Of a stretch of DNA of 62,931 nucleotides, positions 26,833-37,831 are shown in pieces; position 1 is the stretch's first letter; each line of letters begins with the position of its first letter. The position numbers and the translations under genes were made by a program. The notes under the pieces were generated by a model. That model made no database searches, was not told the DNA's origin, and saw nothing but the letters and a program-made list of their open reading frames with translations. Source of the stretch: Candidatus Thalassarchaeaceae archaeon (lineage in GTDB: Archaea > Thermoplasmatota > Poseidoniia > MGIII > CG-Epi1); the NCBI GenBank assembly GCA_963578705.1, contig CAUZDT010000001.1, positions 1-62,931 of the forward strand, in the 5' to 3' direction.

Positions 26833-27825
26833 TCAGTGCCCGCGCGAAGCCATCTTCGTTTCCAGCGCTGCCTCTTCCAGGCCGTCCATCGCGCTGCCGA
26901 GGTCGCCCGAGACCCTTGCCACGACGTGAGGGTCGTCGAAGTGCGCTGTCGCTTCCACGATGGCGCGCGCGCGTTCGGCCGGGTCGTCAGACTTGAAGAT
27001 GCCCGAGCCGACGAATAGTCCATCCATCCCGAACTGCATCATCAGTGCCGCATCGGCCGGCGTCGCGATGCCGCCCGCGGTGAAGGTGACGACCGGTAGC
27101 CGCCCCAGCTTCGCAACTTCGTCCATCAGTTCGGTGACTTCCGCCTCGATTTGCGAGCGCGGCATCTCGAACGGAGTCGCACCGGATGATGAGCCGAGTT
27201 TGGTCACCACCTCGCGATCAAGTTCAAAATATTTGTCGACGACGTGGGTCGCCATCGCGGCGCGGTCGTCAGACTGCTGCACCGCCGCAATTTCGGCGTC
27301 AAGCAGCCGCGCATGGCGCATGGCTGCTACGATATTCCCCGTCCCCGCCTCGCCCTTGGTGCGAATCATGGCCGAGCCTTCCCAGACACGGCGCAGCCCC
27401 TCGCCGAGCGATGTGGCGCCGCAAACGAACGGGACGGTGAAGTTGCGCTTGATGACGTGGAAGTAGGGGTCGGCCGGCGTCAGCACTTCCGACTCGTCAA
27501 TCATGTCCACTCCGAGGGCCTCGAGCACGCGCGCTTCGGCGGTGTGGCCGATGCGGCATTTGGCCATCACTGGAATCGTGGTGCAGTCGATAATTTCGCG
27601 AATCTTCTGCGGCTCCGACATGCGCGCGACGCCGCCTTCGGCACGGATATCGGCCGGCACGCGCTCGAGCGCCATGACGGCGACGGCGCCGGCGTCCTCG
27701 GCGATGGCTGCCTGTGCAGCGTTGGTGACGTCCATGATGACGCCGCCTTTCTGCATGCGGGCGAAGCCGCGCTTAACCAGTTCAGGGCCGTGTCTCAGCG
27801 AATGCAGGTCGAGTTCGAGTGGCAT
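26833..27825 (-). CDS. pdxS: Pyridoxal 5'-phosphate synthase subunit PdxS
   Basis: [102 protein letters not shown]. Long (330 aa) archaeal form with an internal insertion. Confidence 0.95.
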   Translation of the reverse strand: MPLELDLHSLRHGPELVKRGFARMQKGGVIMDVTNAAQAAIAEDAGAVAVMALERVPADIRAEGGVARMSEPQKIREIIDCTTIPVMAKCRIGHTAEARVLEALGVDMIDESEVLTPADPYFHVIKRNFTVPFVCGATSLGEGLRRVWEGSAMIRTKGEAGTGNIVAAMRHARLLDAEIAAVQQSDDRAAMATHVVDKYFELDREVVTKLGSSSGATPFEMPRSQIEAEVTELMDEVAKLGRLPVVTFTAGGIATPADAALMMQFGMDGLFVGSGIFKSDDPAERARAIVEATAHFDDPHVVARVSGDLGSAMDGLEEAALETKMASRGH

Positions 27826-27835
27826 GTTATGCTCC

Positions 27836-27912
27836 TGGTGGACCGGGCGGGATTTGAACCCGCGGCCTCCGCCTTGCGAAGGCGGCGATCTTCCGGGCTG
27901 ATCTACCGGCCC
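27836..27912 (-). tRNA. tRNA-Ala (anticodon CGC), 3' CCA encoded
   Basis: The reverse complement is GGGCCGGTAGATCAGCCCGGAAGATCGCCGCCTTCGCAAGGCGGAGGCCGCGGGTTCAAATCCCGCCCGGTCCACCA. Anticodon arm CCGCC-TTCGCAA-GGCGG. The G3:U70 Ala identity pair is present. Confidence 0.93.
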
Positions 27913-27958
27913 ATTCCCGGGGCGGCATTCCCTACCGGCAATAAGGTTTCACTTGTCG

Positions 27959-28762
27959 CTACGCCGCCAAGTGTTCCTGCGCCGCCTCGGCCAGCGCGTT
28001 GAAGAGCTCTTCATCATCAACCGATTCGTAGCCGCCGCCCTTGGCAAAGTGCAGGATATCCACCTCGAGCACATCCTCGCCGTCTTCGGCGGGTGACATC
28101 ACCGCATACTCTTCGCCCTCAACCTCGAGCGTGCCGTGGACCCGGAAGCGGTGTTCCCTGCCTTCGGAGTCAGTCAGCACTTCGATGTCGCCGGCATCGG
28201 GCGTTGCGGGAGCGTCTGCCGCAGCTTTGCTGCCGCCCATGAACGGAAGGCTCCAGCCACCTGCGGTGTCGGCGACGCTGATTTCGCGTCCCATCGCTTC
28301 CGACCAGCCGCTGATAATCGCTTCCTGGTCGAATCCCGAGCTGGCTTCAAGCTTGGTCCAGTTGTTGATGGCCCAGGGCGGTTTCTCGAACTTGTCGGCC
28401 AGCAGTCGCAGGAACATGCGCAGGTCGTTGGGGTTGGCGGTCCCGATTTTCAGCTGGAGATAGCAGTTACGCGGGACGCCGTAGAAGCCCTTGTATTTCT
28501 GCGCTGAAAGTCGCGCCTTGAAACCGGCGAAGCGGAACGCGGCGGTCCAGTTCATTTCGTCGAAGCCGCTCTCGCGCAGTTTCACCTTCGCTTCCGCGTC
28601 GATTTCCTGCGCACAAGTCCAGAACTGTTCGAAGAAATCGGTCAGCCAGACCAGTCCGAAAGTGCCTCGGCCAACTATTTCAAGCTGCCCCTTCAGCAGT
28701 AGCTTGCGCTTTGCCAGCGGGTGTTTCTGTCGAGGCTGCGCCAGTAATGTCACGACGTGCAT
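27959..28762 (-). CDS. Hypothetical protein with C-terminal DUF1292-like acidic domain
   Basis: 267 aa. The N-terminal about 170 aa have no recognisable motif. The C-terminal segment IEVLTDSEGREHRFRVHGTLEVEGEEYAVMSPAEDGEDVLEVDILHF...YESVDDEELFNAL follows the DUF1292 pattern. Confidence 0.55.
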   Translation of the reverse strand: MHVVTLLAQPRQKHPLAKRKLLLKGQLEIVGRGTFGLVWLTDFFEQFWTCAQEIDAEAKVKLRESGFDEMNWTAAFRFAGFKARLSAQKYKGFYGVPRNCYLQLKIGTANPNDLRMFLRLLADKFEKPPWAINNWTKLEASSGFDQEAIISGWSEAMGREISVADTAGGWSLPFMGGSKAAADAPATPDAGDIEVLTDSEGREHRFRVHGTLEVEGEEYAVMSPAEDGEDVLEVDILHFAKGGGYESVDDEELFNALAEAAQEHLAA

Positions 28763-28954
28763 TGCGCCGGCAGCATGGGGCTGGATAAAATGGCTCCGTC
28801 GCGGACCGCCAGCTTTAATTAGGTCCCTGTACCGGCCGGGCCGGCCTGCGGGCCATTACGGTAATCACTTTATCGACTCTCAACAAAGAGTCCAGGACCA
28901 GACGTTCGGACTTGTTTGAGAGGGGCTCAGGCCGCACAAGCAAAAGGTGGAAAA

Positions 28955-30262
28955 ATGACAGACCCCAACAGTAGTAAGTACGTTATCCAAGCCAGAATCA
29001 CGGCCAACGGCGTGGTTGAGCGATCCGACGTAGTCGGTGCAATCTTCGGTCAGACCGAAGGATTGCTCGGCGACGAACTGGACCTCCGGGACATGCAGAA
29101 ATCGGGCCGTATGGGCCGGATTGAAGTGGACATCAAGAGTAGCAATGGCAAGTCGATTGGCGAAATTACCATAGCCTCCAGTATGGACCAGGTGGAGACT
29201 TCGGTCTTCGCCGCCGCGCTCGAGACAGTCGAGCGCGTCGGTCCCTGCAAGGCGACCCTCAAGGTAAACACCCTCGAAGACAGCCGTGCCGGCAAGCGTG
29301 ACCAGATTATTGAGCGCGCCCGCGAGCTGCTGCTCGGCATCGTGACCGAGTCCCGCAGCGCCGGAGTCAACATTACCGACTCCGTCAGGCAGCTAATCCA
29401 GACCGATGAAATCGTCACCTATGGTGGCAAGCTCCCCGCGGGCCCCAACGTTGAGAAAAGCGACGCCATCATCCTGGTCGAGGGACGCAGCGACGTCCTG
29501 AACCTGCTGCGGCACAGCATCAAGAACGCTATCTCTGTCGAGGGGACCAATATCCCCAAGGAGATTGTCGAGCTCTGCAAGTCGCGCACCGTCACCGCTT
29601 TCGTCGATGGCGACCGCGGCGGCGAGATGATCCTGCGCGAGCTGTTCCAAGTCGCCGAGATTAATTATGTCGCGCGCGCACCAACCAACATCGAAGTCGA
29701 ACACCTCGGGCACAAGCAGATTATGAAGTGCCTGCGCGACAAGTCGACTACCGAGCTGTTCAAGGACCAGAACAAGTGGGCGCAAGATGGCAAGAAAAAG
29801 CGCTCGCGACGTGGCGGACGCAAGTCGAAGGCCAGCAAGGACACGAAAGCGCCCGCAGAGGCGCCAGCCGCTGAGCCCTCGGCAGCGGCGGAAGAGCCCG
29901 CGGCCCTGGCTGAGGCGCCTGCAGAGGAGCCAGCCGCTGAGCCAGAGGCAGTCAAGGCTGCCGCCCCCGCAGAAGCACAGGCGCTGCTCGAGCACCTTGA
30001 CGCGCTCAAGGGCAGCAAGAACGTGCGGCTGCTCTCGGGCGAGAAGCTGAGCGACGAACTCCCGATTACCAAGCTGCAGGAAAAGCTGCAGAAGAAGGGA
30101 AACAACGGCGTCACAGTACTGGTGATGGACGGTATCATCACTCAGCGGCTGGTCGACCTCGCCCCCGAGGCAGGTATCTCGACCGTCGTTGCCGAGAAGA
30201 AGGGACCACTGCCGCGGCAGCCGGTCGGCCTCTCACTCTACACCCGTAGCGACCTTAGCTAA
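28955..30262 (+). CDS. dnaG: Archaeal DNA primase DnaG (TOPRIM domain protein)
   Basis: KYVIQARITANGVVERSDVVGAIFGQTEGLLG N-terminus. TOPRIM (IILVEGRSDVLNLL...TAFVDGDRGGEMILREL). ATG 28955 is preceded by AAAAGGTGG (SD-like). An Ala/Glu/Pro low-complexity insertion precedes the C-terminal domain. Confidence 0.92.
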   Translation: MTDPNSSKYVIQARITANGVVERSDVVGAIFGQTEGLLGDELDLRDMQKSGRMGRIEVDIKSSNGKSIGEITIASSMDQVETSVFAAALETVERVGPCKATLKVNTLEDSRAGKRDQIIERARELLLGIVTESRSAGVNITDSVRQLIQTDEIVTYGGKLPAGPNVEKSDAIILVEGRSDVLNLLRHSIKNAISVEGTNIPKEIVELCKSRTVTAFVDGDRGGEMILRELFQVAEINYVARAPTNIEVEHLGHKQIMKCLRDKSTTELFKDQNKWAQDGKKKRSRRGGRKSKASKDTKAPAEAPAAEPSAAAEEPAALAEAPAEEPAAEPEAVKAAAPAEAQALLEHLDALKGSKNVRLLSGEKLSDELPITKLQEKLQKKGNNGVTVLVMDGIITQRLVDLAPEAGISTVVAEKKGPLPRQPVGLSLYTRSDLS

Positions 30263-30325
30263 GGCAGCCCGGCCGCTTTGGCAAATGGTTAAATCTGCCG
30301 GCAGCCGTCGCCAGTCGGCGAGAGC

Positions 30326-30553
30326 ATGGCAGATGATACCAGCATAGACGAAGAGGGCCTGCGGCGCTCAGCGCGTAGCCAGATAATTGTGGACACTATC
30401 GAGCGCAGTCTCGAGAAGATGATGTTCGTCGAAACGAACATGGCGCGCGAGATGGATTCCAAGGACCTGTTTCAGGTCAAGCGCGAAGCGGTCGCGGCGG
30501 TAGCCGAACTGCGCTACGCGCTCTCAATCCTGACCGGAAAGCTGGAAATCTGA
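30326..30553 (+). CDS. Hypothetical small helical protein (75 aa)
   Basis: ATG-initiated ORF of normal composition. Its stop overlaps the pyrF ATG (TGATG). No motif recognised. Confidence 0.5.
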   Translation: MADDTSIDEEGLRRSARSQIIVDTIERSLEKMMFVETNMAREMDSKDLFQVKREAVAAVAELRYALSILTGKLEI

Positions 30554-31179
30554 TGGGGTCCCGGCTGCTGCTGGCGCTGGACGAGACAGACCCGCAGCGT
30601 GCCTTTTCCGTAGCCGAAGCGGCAGCACCGCACTTGGCGGGCATCAAGGTCAACTGGCCGCTGCTGATGCAGGGCGGCTTCGAGACGGTCGCGAAGCTGG
30701 CGAAGCTGGCGCCGGTCATCTGCGACCTCAAGATAGCCGATATCCCGAACACGGCGCGCCTAATCGCCGAGGCGGCCTACGGTGCCGGCGCGGCCGGCAT
30801 CATTGCGCATGCGTTTCCCGGTGCCGGCCCGCTGCGCGCCATCCACGACGTGGCGCCCGAGCGCGACCTCTACGCCGTCATCACGATGTCGCACCCTGGC
30901 GGCGGCGAATTCTTCGACATCGCGGCGCTGGCCGCCGTCGCGCGCGACGGCGGCGCGACCGGCGTGGTTGCCCCGGCAACGCGGCCGGAAGACATCGTCG
31001 CCGTGCGGAAAGCGGTCGGCGACCTGAAAATCATCTCTCCTGGCGTCGGTGCGCAAGGGGGCGACCCGCGCGCGGCCATCACGGCTGGCGCCGACCTCAT
31101 AATCGTGGGGCGCGCCATTTACCAGGCCGACGACCCGGGCGCGGCGGCGCGGGAATTCGCCGCCGCGCTGGGCGACTAA
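30553..31179 (+). CDS. pyrF: Orotidine 5'-phosphate decarboxylase
   Basis: LLLALDETD, IKVNWPLL, VICDLKIADIPNT, IISPGVGAQGG, IIVGRAIY: the canonical OMPdecase blocks. 208 aa. Confidence 0.92.
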   Translation: MGSRLLLALDETDPQRAFSVAEAAAPHLAGIKVNWPLLMQGGFETVAKLAKLAPVICDLKIADIPNTARLIAEAAYGAGAAGIIAHAFPGAGPLRAIHDVAPERDLYAVITMSHPGGGEFFDIAALAAVARDGGATGVVAPATRPEDIVAVRKAVGDLKIISPGVGAQGGDPRAAITAGADLIIVGRAIYQADDPGAAAREFAAALGD

Positions 31180-31796
31180 TGCTCGCCGTCCGCGGGCTGC
31201 AGAAGGCGTTCGGCGCGCGGCGCGTGCTGCGCGGGCTTGACCTGTCGGTCGCCGACGGCGAAGTGGTGCTGCTGCAGGGCGAGAACGGTGCCGGCAAGTC
31301 GACGCTGCTGCGCATCCTCGCGACGCTCGACCACGCCGACAGCGGCGAAGCAATGGTGGACGGCTTTCCGCTGGGAGACGGCGTCGAAGTGCGGTCGCGC
31401 ATCGGCTTTGCCGGGCATCGCCCCGGCTTCTACGGCGAGTTGAGCGGCCGCGAAAACCTTGCGTTCTGGGCGCGGCTGCACCAGCTGCCGGAGCACGAAA
31501 CCGACCTTGGCGCTACGCTCGAGCGCATCGGCCTCAAGGCGTTTGCCAATGACCGCACCTCCATCTATTCCCGGGGAATGCTGCAACGGCTGGCGCTGGC
31601 GCGCGCGTCGCTACACCGACCGACGACGCTGCTGCTCGACGAGCCGTTCGCCGCGCTCGACTCCGCCGGGCGCGAGCTGCTACGCACGCTCATTGCCGAG
31701 TGGCGCGACGATGGCCGGGCGGTGCTGGTGGTGGCGCACGGCAGCGGCCTCACGGCGGACCGCACGCTGGCGCTCGCCGACGGGGTGCTGGCGTGA
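31179..31796 (+). CDS. ABC transporter ATP-binding protein, CcmA-like
   Basis: Walker A GENGAGKSTLLRILA, signature-like SRGMLQRLALARA, Walker B LLLDEPFAALD. Short (205 aa), as in CcmA. Start overlaps the pyrF stop (TAATG). Confidence 0.8.
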   Translation: MLAVRGLQKAFGARRVLRGLDLSVADGEVVLLQGENGAGKSTLLRILATLDHADSGEAMVDGFPLGDGVEVRSRIGFAGHRPGFYGELSGRENLAFWARLHQLPEHETDLGATLERIGLKAFANDRTSIYSRGMLQRLALARASLHRPTTLLLDEPFAALDSAGRELLRTLIAEWRDDGRAVLVVAHGSGLTADRTLALADGVLA

Positions 31797-32452
31797 GCTC
31801 GCTGGCGGCGCTGGTGTGCAAGGAGCTGCGCGTCGAGTTGCGGTCGCTGCAGGGTACCGTCGCGGCGGCGATGCTGGTGCTGGCGCTGCTGCTGCTGCTG
31901 CGCTTCACGCTTACGAACGACGAAATCGCCCGCGCACGGTTGGCGCCCGCCATCCTCTGGAGCGTGCTACTCTTTGCCGGGCTCGGCCTGCTGACGCACA
32001 CCGCCTTGCGCGAAGGCGACCGCGGCACCGGCGAGATGCTGCGGCTGGCGCCGCTCCCGCGCGCGACGCTGTTCCTCGGCGCCTGGGTTGGCAACCTGCT
32101 GCTGCTCTCAGGGCTGACGCTGCTTGCTTTCGGATTTTATATACTGCTCTTTGAGAACTCATTCGGCTCCGCATGGCCCTCTGCGCTCGCAATCCTGCTG
32201 CTTTCGGCGGTCGGCGTTTCCGCCGCCGGGACGCTCACGACGCAGGCGGCAGCGCCGCTGCCCGGCGCGTGGATGCTCGGGACGCTGCTCGCCATCCCAC
32301 TGCTGCTCTTTACCGTGGTCGAAGCGTCACTGCGCGCGTTGCAGGCGCTGCTGCTCGATGACGCGGGCATTGCGACCGCGCTGACGCTGCTGCTGCTCTA
32401 CGACCTGGCATTCCTGGCGGGCGGCGCGTGGCTCAGCGAACTGGCCGACTAG
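31793..32452 (+). CDS. ABC transporter permease, CcmB-like (heme exporter B family pattern)
   Basis: GTG 31793 overlaps the upstream TGA. About 219 aa and 6 [11 protein letters not shown]..., [35 protein letters not shown] resemble CcmB blocks. Assigned from pattern memory only. Confidence 0.6.
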   Translation: MSSLAALVCKELRVELRSLQGTVAAAMLVLALLLLLRFTLTNDEIARARLAPAILWSVLLFAGLGLLTHTALREGDRGTGEMLRLAPLPRATLFLGAWVGNLLLLSGLTLLAFGFYILLFENSFGSAWPSALAILLLSAVGVSAAGTLTTQAAAPLPGAWMLGTLLAIPLLLFTVVEASLRALQALLLDDAGIATALTLLLLYDLAFLAGGAWLSELAD

Positions 32453-32832
32453 CGCCGCTTAAGAGATAGCGCGGCGGAGTTGATGCAAAAGCGGAGTCCG
32501 GTCGGCTCAGGTCCGTCGGGGAAGACGTGCCCCAAGTGTGACTCGCAGCCGGCGCAGACTACCTCGGTGCGGTGCACCCCGAGCGAGTCGTCCTCGCGCT
32601 CGGCGACCGCCCTGTCGGCGACCGGCGCGCTGAAGCTGGGCCAGCCGCCCCCCGAGTCGAATTTCGTTTCCGAGTCGAACAGCTCCGCGCCGCACGCTGC
32701 GCAACGGTAGCTGCCGGCGTCGTGGCAGTCCCAGTATTCGTTGGCGAAAGGCGGCTCGGTCACGCTGCAGCGGCAGACTTCGTATTGCTCCGGGCTCAGT
32801 CGCGTGCGCCATTCAGCGTCGGAAATTTTCAT
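32449..32832 (-). CDS. msrB: Peptide-methionine (R)-S-oxide reductase
   Basis: [39 protein letters not shown]: canonical MsrB with both Zn CxxC pairs. Confidence 0.93.
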   Translation of the reverse strand: MKISDAEWRTRLSPEQYEVCRCSVTEPPFANEYWDCHDAGSYRCAACGAELFDSETKFDSGGGWPSFSAPVADRAVAEREDDSLGVHRTEVVCAGCESHLGHVFPDGPEPTGLRFCINSAALSLKRR

Positions 32833-32854
32833 CGGCAGGTCGCCTTGCGGGGTT

Positions 32855-34030
32855 TCACAGCACTCCTGCTGCCTTGCCGCCCGCTTCGAAAGCGCCCAGC
32901 GCTTCGTCCAGGTCGTCGCGCACGAGCCCGGCGTTCATGATGACACGGATGCGCGCCTTGTCGCGCGCGACCATCGGGAAGACGATGGGCAGCGCGAAGA
33001 CGTCGCGCTTCAGCAGCTCCGTGCTCAGTGCCTGCGCTTGCTTGGCGGAGCCGCACATGGCAGGGATTATGGGAGTAGTGGAATCACCGGTGTCGTAGCC
33101 CAGCTGCTGCAGCCCGCTGCGGAAGTAGTCGGTATTCTTCCAGAGTTTCTCGACGTGCTGCGGCTCTTCATCGAGCACGTCCAGCGCGGCGGTGCAGGCG
33201 GCGACCGTCGCGGGCGGCGCCGACCCCGAGAGCAGGAAGGTGCGCGACTTGTTGAAGGCGTATTTTGCGAGATGCTCGCTGCCGGCGGCGAGTCCGCCGA
33301 CGACGCCGAACGCCTTGGAGAAAGTCCCCATCTCGATATCGATCTTGTCCTCGACCCCGTAGTGGACTCCGATACCGCGACCGCCGCCCAGCACACCTTC
33401 GCCGTGCGCGTCGTCGGTGTAGGTCATCGCGCCATGCTCTCCGGCGAGCGCGCAGATTTCGTCGAGCGGAGCCGTGTCGCCATCCATCGAGAAGACGCCA
33501 TCGGTGATGATGAGCCGGCGCCCCGTGTCGGGAGCCTTGCGCAGCAGGTCTTCCAGCCCACCCATGTCGTTGTGCGCGTAGATGTTGCGCGCCGCCTTCG
33601 TCAACCGCACGCCGTCAATAATCGAGCCGTGGTTCAGCTCGTCAGTAAAGAGATGGTCGCCCTTGCCCACCAGCTGCGGAATCAGCCCGGCGTTGGCGGC
33701 GAAGCCAGTCTGGTAGTAGATGGCGGCATCGCGGCGCTTGAACTCGGCGATGCGCTGCTCCAGCCGGACATGCAGGTCCATGTTGCCGGCAATCGGCCGC
33801 ACGCTGCCCGAGCCGGCACCGTGGCTGCGGACAGCCGCAATCGCGGCCTCCTTCAGCCGCGGATGGTTGCTCAGGTTCAGGTAGTTGTTCGAGCAGAGCA
33901 TCAGCCGCTCGCGCCCGCCAACCCGGCAGCGGGGCGCCGACGGGCCTTCCAGCACTGGCGGCCGCCAGTCGAGGCTCGCCGCGACCAGCGCTTCGTATTC
34001 GTCGCGCATCCAGCCCGTGGGGTCGCTCAT
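32855..34030 (-). CDS. kbl: Glycine C-acetyltransferase (2-amino-3-ketobutyrate CoA ligase)
   Basis: Alpha-oxoamine synthase family: [38 protein letters not shown] (PLP Lys). The kbl call rests on the 4-nt overlap with the upstream L-threonine dehydrogenase. Confidence 0.85.
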   Translation of the reverse strand: MSDPTGWMRDEYEALVAASLDWRPPVLEGPSAPRCRVGGRERLMLCSNNYLNLSNHPRLKEAAIAAVRSHGAGSGSVRPIAGNMDLHVRLEQRIAEFKRRDAAIYYQTGFAANAGLIPQLVGKGDHLFTDELNHGSIIDGVRLTKAARNIYAHNDMGGLEDLLRKAPDTGRRLIITDGVFSMDGDTAPLDEICALAGEHGAMTYTDDAHGEGVLGGGRGIGVHYGVEDKIDIEMGTFSKAFGVVGGLAAGSEHLAKYAFNKSRTFLLSGSAPPATVAACTAALDVLDEEPQHVEKLWKNTDYFRSGLQQLGYDTGDSTTPIIPAMCGSAKQAQALSTELLKRDVFALPIVFPMVARDKARIRVIMNAGLVRDDLDEALGAFEAGGKAAGVL

Positions 34031-34992
34031 GTTTCTCCCGGACCGCGCCGCAGGTTTTCAAGCATGTCGTCGACCATCTCCTCCAGCCCGAAGTGGGGCG
34101 CCCAGCCCCACTCATCGCGCGCTGCGGAGTCGTCGACCGCGTCGGGCCACGAGTCGGCTATCGCCTGTCGCGCGTCGGGCGCGTAGCGGCATTCGAAGCC
34201 GGGGACGCGCTGCGCGATAGCGTCTGCCAGTTCGCTGGCGGAGAAGGACATCGCACCGAGATTGAAGTCGGAGTGGTGCTGCAAGGCATCGAGCGGTGCG
34301 TCCATCAGGTCGAGCGTGCCCTTGAGCGCGTCCGGCATGTACATCATCGGCAGCCGCGTTTCCAGGTTGACGAAGCATTCGTAGCTGCCGTCGCGCAACG
34401 CCCCGTGGAAGATGGCGATGGCATAGTCTGTGGTCCCGCCACCCGGGGCCGCCTGCCACGAAATGAGTCCGGGGTAGCGCACCCCGCGCACGTCGACCCC
34501 GTAGCGCTGGAAGTAGTAGTCGCAGAGGATTTCACCGGCGACCTTGGTGACGCCGTACATCGTGCTCGGGTGGAGCGGCGTCTCCTGCGGAGCCACCGCC
34601 GGCGTATCGGGGCCGAAGACCGCTATCGAGCTCGGGCAGAACAAGCGTTGCCCCCGCTCGCGGGCGACCTCGAGCACGTTGCGCAGGCCGTTGAGGTTGA
34701 CCTCGTAGCAGAGGCCGGGATTATTCTCGCCGCCGACCGAGAGGATTGCGGCGAGGTGGTAGACTGTGTCGATATCGTGCACCGCGACAGCTTGCGCGTA
34801 GCCCGTGACGTCGGTGACGTCGCCCTTCGCCGACGGGCCGCCCTCCGCGACTTCGGGCGCGAGCGGGCTGGAGCGGTACATCGCGACGACGTCCCCGGCG
34901 GGGAAGCGCTCTCGCAAGGCGAGCACCAGCTCGGTCCCGATTTGCCCTGCGGCGCCGGTCACCAGTATCCGGCGCTGTTCGCGGGTGGACAT
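34027..34992 (-). CDS. tdh: L-threonine 3-dehydrogenase, NAD-dependent epimerase/dehydratase (SDR) type
   Basis: ILVTGAAGQIGTEL, PSSIAVFG, TMYGVTKVAGEILCDYY, VRYPGLISW...PGGGTTDYA, LPMMYMPD: blocks of the UDP-galactose-4-epimerase-like TDH. Start at ATG 34992. Confidence 0.85.
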   Translation of the reverse strand: MSTREQRRILVTGAAGQIGTELVLALRERFPAGDVVAMYRSSPLAPEVAEGGPSAKGDVTDVTGYAQAVAVHDIDTVYHLAAILSVGGENNPGLCYEVNLNGLRNVLEVARERGQRLFCPSSIAVFGPDTPAVAPQETPLHPSTMYGVTKVAGEILCDYYFQRYGVDVRGVRYPGLISWQAAPGGGTTDYAIAIFHGALRDGSYECFVNLETRLPMMYMPDALKGTLDLMDAPLDALQHHSDFNLGAMSFSASELADAIAQRVPGFECRYAPDARQAIADSWPDAVDDSAARDEWGWAPHFGLEEMVDDMLENLRRGPGET

Positions 34993-35067
34993 GCGTCCGC
35001 CATTATGGCGCACTATTTTAGGCTGGAGCGCACGCAACTTCCTTTTAGCGGCCGCGCCTCGCCCTGC

Positions 35068-35739
35068 ATGGCGCTACGCACGCCGCTGATGGTCGTCAAC
35101 CTGAAGACCTACCCGCAAGGCCACGGTGATGCGGGCTTCGCACTCTGCCGCGAGATGGCCGCCGTCGCGGAAGCTTCGGGCGCCTGCCTTGCGGCTGCGA
35201 CCAGCGCGCTCGATCTGCGGCGCTTCGCGCACAAGGGCGGCGTTCCGGTACTGGCGCAGCACATTGACGCCGCACCGGCCGGCGCGCATACCGGCGCGGT
35301 GCTGCCGGAAGCGGCCGTCGCAGCGGGCGCGGTCGGCACGCTGGTCAACCACGCCGAGCGGCAGCTCGACTGGCCCACTACCGAGGCAACGCTGGCGCGC
35401 GCCCGCGAGGCGGGGCTGGCGACCGTACTCTGCACCGCCGACGTCGAAGCGACCGCACGCGGTGCTGCGCTACGGCCGGACTACGTCGCGGTCGAGCCGC
35501 CCGAACTCATCGGCGGTGACATCTCGGTCTCGACTGCGCGCCCCGAGGTCATCAGCGACTCAGTCGCGGCGGTGGCCGGGACCGGCGTCCCGGTGCTCTG
35601 CGGCGCCGGCGTCAAGACCCGCGCCGACGTCGCGAAAGCGATGGAACTGGGCGCGGCAGGCATCCTGCTGGCGTCGGGCGTCGTGAAGGCGGAGGACCCG
35701 GGAGCGGTCCTCGCGGAGCTGGTTCAGGGACTGTCATAA
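35068..35739 (+). CDS. tpiA: Triosephosphate isomerase, archaeal type
   Basis: Internal ATG of ORF 34093..35739. MVVNLKTYPQG, LVNHAERQL, YVAVEPPELIGG, VLCGAGV, GILLASGVVKA. About 223 aa, typical of archaeal TIM. Confidence 0.9.
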   Translation: MALRTPLMVVNLKTYPQGHGDAGFALCREMAAVAEASGACLAAATSALDLRRFAHKGGVPVLAQHIDAAPAGAHTGAVLPEAAVAAGAVGTLVNHAERQLDWPTTEATLARAREAGLATVLCTADVEATARGAALRPDYVAVEPPELIGGDISVSTARPEVISDSVAAVAGTGVPVLCGAGVKTRADVAKAMELGAAGILLASGVVKAEDPGAVLAELVQGLS

Positions 35740-35830
35740 ACTATTAATATAAGGCTGGTTGACAACCGCCGGTTGCCTACCGGGTCTCATTGTAGCTCCC
35801 GAGGGTAACCCAGCAAAAATGGTGAAAAAA

Positions 35831-36097
35831 ATGACAGTCGGAATTGGCCCCTTGGGCGAGATGGTCCTGCTCGAGCTGGAGGAAGCCGCGGAGAAGACAG
35901 ATAGCGGTTTCCTGCTGCCCGAAGCAGCGCGCGAAAAGATGAACGTCGGCCTCGTGGCAGGCGTCGGCCCTGACGCAGAACACGTCAAGGCGGGCGACCG
36001 CGTGGTCTATAAGAAATATGCCGGGACGGAGATTACCTGGCAGGACAAGGATTACCTACTCCTCAAGTCGAAAGACTTGCAGGCGAAGGTGCTTTAG
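35831..36097 (+). CDS. groES: Co-chaperonin GroES (Cpn10)
   Basis: [44 protein letters not shown]...[14 protein letters not shown] follows the GroES pattern. ATG 35831 is preceded by GGTGA plus a 5-nt spacer. ATG 35819 is an alternative. Confidence 0.88.
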   Translation: MTVGIGPLGEMVLLELEEAAEKTDSGFLLPEAAREKMNVGLVAGVGPDAEHVKAGDRVVYKKYAGTEITWQDKDYLLLKSKDLQAKVL

Positions 36098-37774
<1,677 letters not shown>

Positions 37775-37787
37775 TCCCGTTTGTTAC

Positions 37788-37829
37788 AAAAAAACCTGAA
37801 CTGAACCGGCGGCGGGCGTCAGGCCGCCG
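37788..37829 (-). terminator. Hairpin plus T7 tract downstream of the minus-strand pccB-bcp-FMN-protein operon
   Basis: A 7-bp GC stem (37807..37813 with 37823..37829) lies immediately after the stop at 37832. On the minus strand it is followed by TTTTTTT (A-run 37788..37794 on plus). Confidence 0.5.
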
Positions 37830-37831
37830 CC

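Noticed and set aside
32741-34186. 481-aa plus-strand ORF
   Set aside because: It is antisense to kbl and the 3' end of tdh. No motifs were found.
34093-35067. 5' two-thirds of the 548-aa ORF 34093..35739
   Set aside because: It is antisense to tdh. The real gene (archaeal tpiA) starts at the internal ATG 35068.
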